A DNA stretch of 64,000 nucleotides from Eledone cirrhosa (lineage: Eukaryota): contig OZ024747.1 in assembly GCA_964016885.1 (NCBI GenBank), positions 40,920,001 through 40,984,000 of the forward strand, in the 5' to 3' direction. The position numbers and the translations under genes were made by a program. This document shows positions 14,193-27,558 of this stretch, one piece after another; the stretch's first letter is position 1; each line of letters opens with the position of its first letter. The notes under the pieces were generated by a model, which was not told where the DNA came from, did not search any database, and worked only from the letters and a program-made list of their open reading frames with translations.

Positions 14193-14258
14193 TATTTCAT
14201 TATACATATTTCAAGGGCCACCGAGGCAAACTATGGTGCGCTTTCATCAGATAAAATA
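14193..14258 (-). ncRNA. Hammerhead motif, family HH-D (related copies 42694-42754 minus, 49820-49885 plus)
   Basis: Minus strand reads TATTTTAT-CTGATGA-AAGCGCACC..GGTGGCCCTT-GAAA-TATGTA-TA-ATGAAATA. Lies in the inverted pair 14150-14385. The 42.7 kb copy has a perfect 8-bp stem I; stem II is imperfect in all three copies. Confidence 0.6.
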
Positions 14259-14398
14259 TAATATAGGTTAGTTTTATAAATAAATATTGACATACCCATA
14301 GTTTGCCTTGGTGGCCCTTGAAATATGTATAATGAAATAAATATGGTTTTATAAATATAGTTCCCATTTGTTAATATATTGTATATATATACATATAC

Positions 14399-14466
<68 letters not shown>

Positions 14467-14467
14467 G

Positions 14468-14491
<24 letters not shown>

Positions 14492-14498
<7 letters not shown>

Positions 14499-15351
14499 GT
14501 TAAAAGCGTACATCTACATATGTATACTGAAATACTAGTATGCATATAAATACACACATGTATACATATGTACATGTACTGAGTTTTTCACTGGACACTT
14601 TACTGTGAGTGTCCAGCTAGTTTGTATGTAACCAAACAGACAAACCGGGTTTTAGAGTCATACGGGTTTTCAAGGAAACACATTTCCTCTATTCTCCAGA
14701 GAGCTAGACAGGAATATTGGACTAGTTTCGATGTTATTACATCTCATCAGCAATATATACCCATCTTCCGGCTTCTCTAGAGAATCGTAAAAGCACATAT
14801 CGTTATATGCTTTTTCTATGAAAATTAGTAGTGGGCAGACTAATTTGCATAGAACGTGAGTCATTGTACGCACCGGTTCCGCTGAACCGGTGCGTACAAT
14901 GACTCACGTACAATGACTCACGTTCTATGCAAATTAGTCTGCCCACTACTAATTTTCATAGAAAAAGCATATAACGATATGTGCTTTTACGATTCTCTAG
15001 AGAAGCCGGAAGATGGGTATATATTGCTGATGAGATGTAATAACATCGAAACTAGTCCAATATTCCTGTCTGGCTCTCTGGAGAATAGAGGAAATGTGTT
15101 TCCTTGAAAACCCGTATGACTCTAAAACCCGGTTTGTCTGTTTGGTTACATACAGACTAGCTGGACACTCACAGTAAAGTGTCCAGTGAAAAACTCAGTG
15201 CATGTACATATGTATACATGTGTGTATTTATATGCATACTAGTATTTCAGTATACATATGTGGATGTACACTTTTAACTTAATTGTTTAAGCGTCAGTCA
15301 TACAAAAGTGAGTTAGAAGCGAAACGAAATTTAATTTCGTTTCGTTATTTG

Positions 15352-15357
<6 letters not shown>
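14492..15357. mobile_element. Palindromic insertion of family HH-B in a (TA)n tract
   Basis: Left arm 14492-14879 is the reverse complement of ~14884-15284. The right arm extends ~74 nt further. A 14-bp duplication (tacaatgactcacg) sits near the centre. Confidence 0.88.
15021..15063 (+). ncRNA. Canonical-core minimal type I hammerhead (HH-B); mirror copy 14714-14756 on minus
   Basis: ATATTG-CTGATGA-GATGT aata ACATC-GAAA-CTAG-TC-CAATAT. Stem I 6 bp, stem II 5 bp, palindromic stem III ACTAGT, GUC triplet (predicted cut after 15057). Confidence 0.88.
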
Positions 15358-15445
<88 letters not shown>

Positions 15446-15949
15446 CATATATATGTAACAAACAAACAAATAGTTTATCGCTCTACATGGCTGCATACAA
15501 TAAATGTAATCTGACTTTTTCGAATATGAATAACAATATTCGATTCGTTTGCAATTATGCAAACAACCTCTTTAGAGCCATGTCAATAGAATGATCCCAT
15601 TTTTCTTGCTCTTGTGTTGGCATGTAAACTGAACTGCAGACACAGATGTTTCTGGATGAATACTCTCCATCAGTACACGGCTTATCTGCAACCTGTCAGA
15701 GCTAGTGAAACATGAAACTGACTGGCCTATCTGCTGATATGCAAATCTGGTTGATCAGTGGGTTCGCTAATATGCAGATCAGGCCGATGAGTCATTGTAT
15801 ATTTTAGAAAATATCATATATTTTCACTAGCTCAGACAGTTGGCAGGAAAGCAGTATACTCTACTGCTGAAGGGTAATCACCCAGAAATATTAGTCTCGG
15901 CAGTTCTGATTACATGCCAACACAAAAGCAAGAATGACGGGCTATTTTA

Positions 15950-16032
<83 letters not shown>

Positions 16033-16212
16033 AATGGAAGTTTAGTAAAATCGAAGTTTTGGCTGTGGCCATGTTAACGATATACAATCACCAAATCACT
16101 CGATAAGGTTGTGTCACCTTAGAGTAATAACATACGTTAGATAGCTTGACAAATTGAAGACTGTGACTGGTTAGCCAGCCACATGAACCAAAGCAAGGAG
16201 AAAACTAACTCA

Positions 16213-16322
<110 letters not shown>

Positions 16323-16496
16323 CAGCGCATCGGTAGGGGTTCTTCTACATGGATATAAAGTAGTGGCCGTACTCGAAAACGAGTTGGCAGCCACCATGTA
16401 TATATATATATGTATGTATGTATATATATATATATATGTGTATATATGTATCTATATGTGTATGTGTATGTGTATGTTTGTATATATATATGTATA

Positions 16497-17105
16497 TCAG
16501 GTCACCAGTTGGTGCTACTGGTAACATGTATCCCAGTACAACCTGTCTCATGGTCAGGTCGTTGGCGACTAAACTGGCAACCCCACCAAGGTTTCTTGGT
16601 GAGGAGGGTGACTTTGGACATCCTGCAGGACTAAAAACAAAACCTGTCAAAGGGCAAAGGAGCTCTTAAGAGTCAATGGCCATCCAAAATCACCGGGAGA
16701 GATGACCCCTTAGCCTTTGTCAAGGCAGAATTCTAGGAGAAAGAAAACTCTGATATAACACCTACAATCCTAAGGGTATCCAATGATGTTGACTTGTTCT
16801 TCTTTTTGGTAAATATCATCTTGGTTAAGAGAGTGGGACTGGCTTTGTGCAGTGCCTTTGCTCACTATAAAAGCTTCACAGCACAGGCATTGCTTTATAT
16901 CTGGAGATCTCTCTGCACTTGTCGTCACATGGTACCATGGGCTCAGAACTATCTGTCAATAATTGTCACAAGTGTAGTGTTTGTACCAGAGTTTTCAAGT
17001 CGCTGGCTGGACTAAAAAGTCACACTCGTTCAGCGCATCGGTAGGGGTTCTCCTACATGGATATAAAGTAGTGGCCGTACTCGAAAACGAGTTGGCAGCC
17101 ACCAT
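16497..17105 (+). mobile_element. ~607-bp non-autonomous RTE-like/SINE-like element (3' fragment 16320-16397; copies 62825-63430 and 63673-64000)
   Basis: Four homologous pieces. ggagaaggaaaactctga resembles RTE 5' UTR motifs (recalled, unverified). 3' stem-loop gtggc..ctcg aaaa cgag..gccac, then TA-type tail. No ORF. Confidence 0.7.
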
Positions 17106-17194
17106 ATATATATACATATATATATATATATTTGTGTGTGTGCGTGTGTGTGTGTATATGTATATATATATGTATATAAATATACATATGTATG

Positions 17195-17225
<31 letters not shown>

Positions 17226-17683
17226 ATACATGTATATATGTATATATATATATATATATAAATGTATGTGGTCTAGCATGGCTGCAGTAAAATTAATGAA
17301 CCCACTAAATGAATAAAACAACATATTTGTATGGGTTCATATGTATATATGTATATATATATATATATATATACGTGTGTGTGTGAATGTGTATGTGCGT
17401 ATATGTGTTATGTGTGGAGTATCGTAATTAAATATACTTATTAGTTTTCGCAAATTATAATGCTAATAAAGAATAATAGTAAAAAATTAAGACTGTGACA
17501 GGAACATAAAAACAGATATGAAAGATTTATCTGAATATTTCTCAATGAATCGTGACTAATTCTGCATGACTTATGTTAATGCATCACGCAGGGGATGAAT
17601 TCATTTGAGTTTCAATGGAGTTTTAAATATGATCTAATAAAGAAATTGCGACATCATGGTTCTGTTTATATATATATATATAA

Positions 17684-18600
17684 TATAAAGAAAACGAAAA
17701 ATCAGTGATGCATCTAGACTTAGTTTATTTCTTGTTACAAATGTTTCGCCGACATGTAGCTCGAGTCATGGTCCTTGTATGGATCTGGCTGATTCTACTT
17801 CTGCGGGTTATTTCAGACCGGGTGTTACGTCCGTAGGAAATTTTATCACTGGGGTGTTATCATCAAAGAACACCCTCAAAAAACCCTATTTCCACTCTTG
17901 TCATGCCATTGGCTGTTTTTACTCCACGTCATCACAAATTCTGGTCAGTATCTGCTGCCACACGGTTCATCAACCATTTTCCGTCCGACACATTTCAATG
18001 GAGTCATGCGGGGTTCAGTATTTCACACGTCTGCTCACACTTCAGAGTAAGCACCCACACATACTAAAATACACACATAAAAACACACACACATGCAGAC
18101 ACATACCGATCTATGCATACACACACGCACGCCTACATGCGCAGACACACCCACCCCCATATACATACATCGAAGTATATATACTCACACACCGTCTCTC
18201 CCTCACCTACACGGACCCATTCACCCCCACTTGTTGATACGTACCGCCACGAGTCTTCTGACGACTGGTTACTTCGCGCTCTGTATCACTTGGGATAAAC
18301 GTATCCTACTCAAACATACACATATATACATACATACGCGCGCACATATACATACGCCCAACCTTCTATACATTTAAATATATATATCTCTATACATATA
18401 CACACTCATACACACACATATATACAAACACACATACAGACACATACATTCATATATACACACATGTGTATACACACATATATATATACACACATATACA
18501 TACACACACACACACATACATATATAAATGTATACTCACACATGTCCACACATACATACGAATACACATACGTACATAAACATTACCTACACACGTACAT

Positions 18601-18643
<43 letters not shown>

Positions 18644-18949
18644 TATTCATATATACACACAAAAGAATAGAGACAACTTAACATGCGTAAGCACATACAC
18701 ACATATACATACAAATACCCACGCATATGCCGATATACATATATATACACATGCATACGCATACGTGTTGCCACATGCATACAACTGCACGCATGCATAT
18801 CTGCCTACACACACACATGTGCTACCACATATACATATATAAACACACCTGTAAGTGAACAGTTAAAAATACATTATGCAATAAAAACATAAAATAACGG
18901 TAAATTACCGTAACATAAAAAAATATACGATGTAATATAATATACAATA

Positions 18950-19007
<58 letters not shown>

Positions 19008-20118
19008 CCCCCTATTATATACATATACATATATATACATATATATACATATATATACACACACACACACATACATACACACACACGTACACAGACTCAT
19101 ACATACATATACGGATATATACGGGTATATATAGAGGATATGTGATAAAATAATACAACAAGAATAATAGTAATAATAAAAAGCATATATAGTCCATATA
19201 TAATCATCCGCACACATTCCTATGAGATGCACATAAACACATACTTGTATGCACAAATACATATACACACATATAGAGGCCCGCATATGCATGCACCTGC
19301 ACCCACATACACATCCATATATATACACATACACACACACATATATATACGCACACTTACCCACCCACATACACACACACCTACTCATACGTGGCTATAC
19401 GTACATACTCACACATACATACATAGACATATATATATATATATATATATATGCTCATATATAGACACACATATACACATACCCCCACACACATACACTC
19501 ACATTCCGCCACATATGTATATATATGCACATGTGTAGGTGAGGGAGAGACGGTGTGTGAGTATATATACTTCGATGTATGTATGTGGGGTGTGTGTGTC
19601 TGCGCATGTAGGCGTACGTGTGTGTATGCATAGATAGGTATGTGTCTACATGTGTGTGTGTTTTTATGTGTGTATTTTAGTATGTGTGGGTGCTTACTCT
19701 GAAGTGTGAGCAGACGTGTGAAATACTGAACCCCGCATGATTCCATTGAAATGTGTCGGACGGAAAATGGTTGATGACCTGTGTGGTAGCAGATACTGAC
19801 CATAACTTGTGATGACGTGGAGTAAAAACAGCCAATGGTATGACAAGAGTGGAAATAGGGTTTTTTGAGGGTGTTCTTTGATGATAACACCCCAGTGTTG
19901 CTCCGGACGTAACACCCGTGTCTGAAAGAACCCGCAGAAGTAGAATCAGCCAGATCCATACAGGGACCATGACTCGAGCTACATGCCGACGAAACATTTG
20001 TAACACGAAATAAACTAAATCCAGATGTATCACTGATTTTTCGTTTTCTTTATAATATCGAGTGCTAATTTTGGCATACCGCCTACGGAAGCAACTTAGC
20101 TATCACTATACACAACTA
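17684..20118. repeat. Long inverted pair of family HH-C (17684-18209 vs 19532-20053, plus ~65-nt tail) enclosing low-complexity CA/TA DNA
   Basis: Same pseudo-translation MDLADSTSAG... on opposite strands. Degenerate hammerhead at ~19918-20007. Homologue at 54335-54580. Confidence 0.8.
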
Positions 20119-20161
20119 TATATATATGTGTGTGTGTGTATGTATACATACATATTATTAT

Positions 20162-20234
<73 letters not shown>

Positions 20235-20650
20235 GATTCATCTCTATCACGTAGATAATAAATATTTACTTCAAATAAATAACATATGTAGGAAGGAAAT
20301 TTCAGTTTGTTAGTATGTCTACATTATGACTACATGTAAATATAGATAAATCTGGTCAAATATCAAATTCCTACATTTAGTCTGACTATCCCATACATTG
20401 TTCCTACCTATTAATGGGTGATTATTCATATTGATTTGAAAGAAAATAATTCATTTTTTTTTACTTTGGGGGGGTCTGTAAATTAAATCGAATTGAGTAG
20501 CGTGCTCTTGTAACCCAGCTACTAGGAAGTTTCTTTGAGTGACTGATCGGATTGAATTGGGTCGAGAGACGAAGTTCTGGCTGGTAGTTAGTCTTTTATG
20601 GTGGTCGGGTGTCCGTGCCAAGCTTGACATTAATATGCTGCTCATGGGGA

Positions 20651-20808
20651 CACACAACAGGGCCACATGACGGGAACACATAAAAGAGTCATATGACAGG
20701 GCGACACAACAGGGCCAAATAGCAGGGTCTCATAACAGGGCCACATAGCCTTAGTCACATAACAGGGCCACATAATAGGGCCACGCAACACGCCACATAA
20801 CATGGCCA
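20651..20808. repeat. Degenerate ~13-14-bp minisatellite (acataacagggcc)
   Basis: About 11 imperfect units visible. Confidence 0.6.
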
Positions 20809-21500
20809 GTTTGGAGAGTTATTTTCGAACGTAAACACCATTTGTATCGTCACATTGTTAACATTTTATTTTCCACTTACGGGACATATACGCTACTATA
20901 CTATATTACACTTCTGTTCCACAATGCTACTCGGTACTGCTACTGCTTTACAGTATTGTATCACTAATATACAGAGCTACTATTCTAAACTACTTATCTG
21001 TCTCACTCAACAGATTTGCTTTAGTGTTCCACTCCACTCTGCCGCTCGATTTTGTGATTTTACTCTATTTTTCCATATAAATAAAAAGTAATATGAGAAA
21101 GATTTAAGATTAGAATATTCTAAAGATGGAAATAGCTAAAGAAACACGATTGCTTTATAAACCGGTAAGGCGAATAAACGGTAACGACAAAATAAGAAGA
21201 ACAATAAAAAAAAAATACAGATCTGAACCCCCATGTAGTCTTATTGACTGAAATGATACGGACATCTGAGGCACCAGGATAAACAATATGATATATACAA
21301 CAACCCTGGTAATTACAAACCAAAGTAGGAATAACCTCAAATCTAGACATTCAAAAGTATCAAAGCCCAAGGATACAAGACACAAACTACATATACAGGA
21401 AAGGAAGTACAACAGAATGATAGTTACTACAGAAATTTAATATAACATTAACAGAAATGCTTGAAAATAAAAACCACCTTATACAAGAAAACCTTGGTAA

Positions 21501-22624
21501 ATCGGTGGTCGATTGGCAATATCGGTAGAGGGTCTGACGCCATGCTAGGGCGGTGGATTGGCAGTATCTGTAGAGGGTCTGACGCCATGCTAGGGCGGTG
21601 GATTGGCAGTATCGGTAGAGGGTCTGACGCCATGCTAGGGCGGTGGATTGGCAGTATCTGTAGAGGGTCTGACGCCATGCTAGGGCGGTGGATTGGCAGT
21701 CTCGGTAGAGGGTCTGACGCCATGCTAGGGCGGTGGATTGGCAGTATCTGTAGAGGGTCTGACGCCATGCTAGGGCGGTGGATTGGCAGTATCTGTAGAG
21801 GGTCTGACGCCATGCTAGGGCGGTGGATTGGCAGTCTCGGTAGAGGGTCTGACGCCATGCTAGGGCGGTGGATTGGCAGTATCGGTAGAGGGTTTGACGC
21901 CATGCTAGGGCGATGGATTGGCAGTATCGGTAGAGGGTCTGACCCCATGCTAGGGCGGTGGATTGGCAGTATCGGTAGAGGGTCTGACGCTATGCTAGGG
22001 CAGTGGATTGGCAGTCTCGGTAGAGGGTCTGACGCCATGCTAGGGCGGTGGATTGGTAGTATCGGTAGAGGGTCTGACGCTATGCTAGGGCAGTGGATTG
22101 GCAGTCTCGGTAGAGGGTCTGACGCCATGCTAGGGCGGTGGATTGGTAGTATCGGTAGAGGGTCTGACGCTATGCTAGGGCGGTGGACTGGTAGTATCGG
22201 TAGAGGGTCGGACGCCATGCTAGGGCGGTGGTTTGGTAGTAGCTGTAGAGGGTCTGAGCCATGCTAGGGCGGTGGATTGGCAGTATCGGTAGAGGGTCTG
22301 ATGCCATGCTAGGGTGGTGGATTGGTAGTATAGGTAGAGGGTCGGACGCCATGCTAGGGCGGTGGATTGGCAGTATCGGTAGAGGGTCTGATGCCATGCT
22401 AGGGTGGTGGATTGGTAGTATAGGTAGAGGGTCGGACGCCATGCTAGAGCGGTGGATTGGCAGTATCGGTAGAGGGTCGGACGCCATGCTAGGGCGGTGG
22501 ATTGGTAGTATCGGTAGAGGGTCTGACGCCATGCTAGGGCGGTGGATTGGAAGTATCGGTAGAGGGTCTGACGCCATGCTAGGGCGGTGGATTGGCAGTA
22601 TCGGTAGAGGGTCGGACGCCATGC
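21501..22624 (+). repeat. 45-bp minisatellite, ~25 units, derived from the 5' head of SINE family 1
   Basis: Unit gggcggtggattggcagtatcggtagagggtctgacgccatgcta. The last unit continues into a SINE body (22625-22772). The same head is single-copy at 47047-47090 (minus). Confidence 0.92.
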
Positions 22625-25166
22625 TTTGCAGCAAAGAGTTACGTCTCTTTATGGTTTTAGTTCAAATCCTGCCGAGGTTAACTTTGCCTTTCATCCTTAC
22701 GAGGTCGATAAAATAAAGTACCAGTAATGTACTGCGATAATTGCTGGCCTTGTGCCTATAGTAGAAACAGTTATGAAAGCGACGTCGATTCTTTGAACAA
22801 AACAACTGCAACCTAAATTGGCATTATCAAATCCTGAGAAAATATATAATAGCAATCAGTAACACCAAAACAAAGTAAAAGAAAACATATCAGAGACAGT
22901 AGAGACAGTGAGACAGTCACCAAGTAAAACCCTGAACAAAAGGCACCAGGAAATAATATCCTAACTTGCTTGTTGATATTGTTTAGCAAGCACACAGAAA
23001 TTCTGACGAAACTATTTAATAACACACAAGAAAGGAAAAAAAAACAACAGTTGACTGGGTTAGTGATGGCCAAACTACATTAACTCTTAATATCTAAAGA
23101 AACAGTAAAACCTAATATCTACAAACACATCTACAATAATTCATTTACAGAGTACAGAGGAGATGCTACAAACGCATATATAGATGTAAACTTTGTTCAT
23201 GAATATCCGTCAGTTTTGGGGATGACTGTCCCAGTTGTTCATACAATGGAAGAACTTGCAAGTTGATGTGTATTCAACAGATATGTACACCAGCTGATGT
23301 AGTGCACAGGGAAATTCAGTGTCACACAGTGCGAATTACAGGTAGAATTCATTTTTGCCAACTGTGTAAACTGGAGCGACATGAAATAATGTGTTTTCCT
23401 GAGGGACACAGCCGACTGCCACGATGATCGGGAGCAGAATACTCTAACTTCTAAGCCATGCGACTTCACAGCTATAAGTATAAATTATTAACAAAATCAT
23501 AACCTTAGACTACAGAAGAAATGAAGGTCTGGGCATGACATCGATTTATTACCAGAAGACTTTCTGTGATCTCGAAATATGAGCAAGGCAGCCCCAATAG
23601 TAATCATGCGCATTAAACATAAATACATAGCAAATTTCCCCATCTCTAAACGAAGACAAATATTTTCTCAAGAGGTTTCCTTCTCTTCAGCCTTTTTTCT
23701 GTTTGACATTAACACTTTTAAACAGCAGGTTAAACCAGGGTGGGTATGGGTACAACTGCTACCGCAAGACAATCAAATATTTTTTTGGTAGGTCACCTCA
23801 AAATATACGCCATATATGGGGAAACAGGCAGAAATGTTGCCACATACAAGACCCGGCTTCACCAGAGAAACTAATATGTTATTCGGTCTACAGAAATTCA
23901 TCAAAGACAATATGAAACAAAGAAAAACTAATTAAGATTAAGAACACTAATTTCATGATACATTATGAAACATAGATAAAAGAATTTGGCAAAACACGAC
24001 TGACAAAGACTTACGAACACTTAGCAATCATTTAGCAAGAGACGGTACAACAAAAGTAAATGAAAGAAAAGATTAAGAAGAAATATTATAGATACATTAA
24101 AACATGGTTAAATGCAAAACAGGATAATATCCATCAATATCCAAGCTGAACTGTAATAAGTTATAGTTACAATATTCTCAAATGGATGCTAAATGAATTA
24201 CGAAGACTTCACAGAATGAAAACCCCAATAATGACTCCATTTAGAATACACCAATTGAATTATGATACAGAAATACATTTACTATGGATACAAGTAGACG
24301 TAGGCATGCTGCAACTATAGTATATTCATTGTAGGATTACAAAGTTTTCAAGTAAAACATAATGGAATTTAATATAAATACGTAGAAAACACGAACAGTG
24401 CGAAAAACTATTTTCTAAAAGGTATGAAACAAAGTTTGAAGTGACAGACATATGTGAGAAGAAACGAGAAACAACAACAATAGCAACAACAGCATCAACA
24501 AAAATGTTTACAAAACCCAATAAAAAGTTAGTTAATCGTGGGACTACAGAATACTATACTAAAATATTGACATGGAAAGCCATGACGTGTTCAATAACAG
24601 AAAGAACTGAATTAGAGAAAATATATTAAGAAACGCCATAGCATTGATTGAGGTGTGAAAGACACAAAGCTGAGATCAAAGGAAGTTTTCTATTTTGGAA
24701 CAGTAACAGAGCGTTCTCACTAAGAACCACCAAAACTTGTAATGACGCTGAATACAAGAAATAACTACAGGTTATGTAATGGTTAATAAGAAACAATGCC
24801 CAGCTAAGTGAAGAATAAATACATCTCCATAGTTAGATCTTTCATAAAATGAGATGTATGCCAGAATTATGAAATACCAGCATGAAACGGTTCAGTATAG
24901 GCATACGCGATAAAATGTCTGAGAGAATGATAAATGGTTCCTAGTTAACTATACAACACTGTTATAATAAAGTAGATACATAATTTAAGTGAATATAGTT
25001 CTAGGATGGTATAACAGGTGTTATAACTTAACACTATATCTATATAATTGTATGTACATATATATATGTGTGTGTTTATACACTCACGCAATGAATGTAC
25101 ATTCACTTTCCCATTCTTCCATGTATATACATATATATGCATATACATATATAACTAGATAAGCAT

Positions 25167-25221
<55 letters not shown>

Positions 25222-25247
25222 TACATATATATATATATATATATATA

Positions 25248-26709
25248 GGAACAAGTATGACCCCGACGGCAGAGCTCAAGCCGTTTCGACGGCTAATTCT
25301 GGACTAAATAAGAATTTTTAGCCTGGTAAATAAATAGCCGAACTTCTCAGGGGGTAATTCCTTATATGGGAAGATAGTAATTGTCAAAAGAATTGGTCAA
25401 AAATTTGTTGTAAAGACAGATGATTCTATCGTGGCATATAGTGGGGGGTAGGGTAGGAGTAGCTGAACTTGCCGGTAGAACAAAGAGGGAGTGGGGGGAA
25501 ACCCAGTCAAGCGTTGAAAGTGAAATCTATACAGCAGATTCTAAGGATAGTGTATAGAAGGTCGAAAAAAGTGTACTGGAGAAGGGGAGGAGGAGTTGGA
25601 AGAATAAGTAAATCGAAAGGGAGTGAACAAAAAATCCATTATAAAAATAAGGAAATAAATATATAAAAAACAATTTCTGGTTACTACTCCCCTTCCACAA
25701 TCACCAAATCTCTCATTGGTATTGCTAAGCTATAGAAAAGTTTGATAGGTGGAGAATGGGAAAAATACTAAATACGAGATTGTAGTGAAAGAATTTTATA
25801 AAGCCGGCTTTACAGGGGGTCTAACACCACTGCTATAGTTAGTTAGTAATCACCCAATGCTATCTTACAATGACAGGTTAATAAGTTGAGAACAAACATA
25901 CTAAAATACTACTACAAAAATACTAATACGAAATATTAATTCAGAATACTAATACATACATACTAATACAAGAATACTAACAAAAATACCACTAGGAAAT
26001 TTAGAAATCACGGAAATGGAGCAGCAACCAGAAAGAAAACACTGTGGTCTAACACATCTGCTATAAAAAGAGTAATCGGCCAATTCTATCTTAAAATTAG
26101 GGGGTGGGGTAATGAGGCTACAGAGGACCGATGGGCTGCATCGGGGTGGGCGAAAAGGTGGAAAAAAACAAAGAAGGAGATCTGGAGTGGAAGGACTAGG
26201 AACAGATGGGGGGGGGGGGAAGGAACTACAGAGGAAAAGATAAAAAAAGTTACATCTACCTTTATAAGCAGGGGTTACCCCTTACAAAATAGGCAAGTAG
26301 GGTGTTTCAGCCCCAGTCTACCCCCCGGGGTCATTATGGGGTTTGCGGGCGAGGTAAGTCCTACGTAATCTGTGTTTGCATGCAGTTACCAGTTCGTCTT
26401 TCTTGTTTAGGAGTTGGTCATGATAGAATCATCTGTCTTTACATGATAGAATCATCTGTCTTTACAACAAATTTTTGACCAATCCTTTTGACAATTACTA
26501 TCTTCCCATATAAGGAATTAACCCTTGAGAAGTTCGACTATTTATTTACCAGGCTAGAAATTCTTATTTAGTCCAGAATTAGCCGTCGAAACGGCTTGAC
26601 CTCTGCCGTCGGGGTTATACTTGTTCCTATTACCCACTCTACTACCCTAAGTATTGAGTACTTTGGTACGTTATGGTCAATCTGGTTGCTTACCACATTT
26701 CCTTCGTTT
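25248..26709. mobile_element. Family HH-F inverted pair (25248-25435 minus; ~26420-26709 plus) around a purine-rich interior
   Basis: Arms are reverse complements and TA-flanked. Further copies at 27323-27528, 34038-34230, 34291-34453, 52345-52597, and a diverged one at 55930-56055. Confidence 0.8.
26521..26615 (+). ncRNA. Type I hammerhead motif with U3-A8 core variant (HH-F); also 25260-25355 minus and 52411-52502 plus
   Basis: ACCC-TTGAGAA-G..CGRCTA...TAGCCGTC-GAA-ACGGC ttgacctct GCCGT-C-GGGGT. Full 5-bp stem III and GUC triplet. Confidence 0.62.
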
Positions 26710-27277
26710 TATATATATATATATACATATATATATATAAAGACGAACAAGACAAATATTCAGTATTAAATGAGGTGCATAATTATATTTATTTAGATGA
26801 TGCCATTTACCATAAATTCAGGTGTTACAATACTTCGATCAATCAGGCGAGCGAATTTGATAGTGTAATAAAAACGAGTCTTTTACCAAGATGGCTCCTG
26901 GACTTCACTGTTTTATTGGCAGAAATATAACACACCTATCAGATGTGTTATGGATAATAATTCCACAGAAGAGGAAGATTTTTTTAGGAGAGATAAACTT
27001 TCTTGGCTTGATAGTAAAATCTGGTAGCAGACTTTACAATTTCGTTTGATTTGATCGCGATATTTTCCATGTGGGTTCTTTAATATCTATTGTGAGTGAC
27101 AGTACATATTTTCTTGAAAATGGATTTACTTAACGTGATAATAGAAGGTATATTTGAACTTGATCTCAGTTGTAGAAAACATGCTACCCGGCGATCTCTC
27201 CAGCTTTTGGAATCTTAAATAAAAATTTAAAAACTGAACTTTGTTTCAAATCTTCAGAGTGCATTTTCAAGCCAAAA

Positions 27278-27324
<47 letters not shown>

Positions 27325-27527
27325 CGAAGGAAATGTGGTAAGGAACCAGGTGGACCATAACGCACCAAAGTACTCAATACTTGAGGTAGTAGAGTGGGTA
27401 ATAGGAACCAGTAAGACCCCGACAGCTGAGCTCAAGCCGTTTCGACGGCTAATTCTGGACTGAATTCTGAGTCCAGAATTAGCCGTCGAAACGGCTTGAG
27501 CTCAGCTGTCGGGGTCTTACTGGTTCC

Positions 27528-27558
<31 letters not shown>

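Noticed and set aside
14670-15107. Repeated 60-67 aa ORFs in HH-B (also 36374, 37027, 37493)
   Set aside because: The frames are not conserved between the two HH-B subfamilies; recurrence just reflects the repeat.
21501-22624. CRISPR array, or the 15-aa repeat ORFs (MASDPLPILPIHRPS / MLGRWIGSIGRGSDA)
   Set aside because: Units are contiguous with no unique spacers, there are no cas genes, and the context is eukaryotic. The 45-bp period keeps frames open by chance.
23480-24940. A-rich stretch that may be an ancient retroelement ORF
   Set aside because: Many stops and no motif I could identify. A translated search against TE proteins would be needed.
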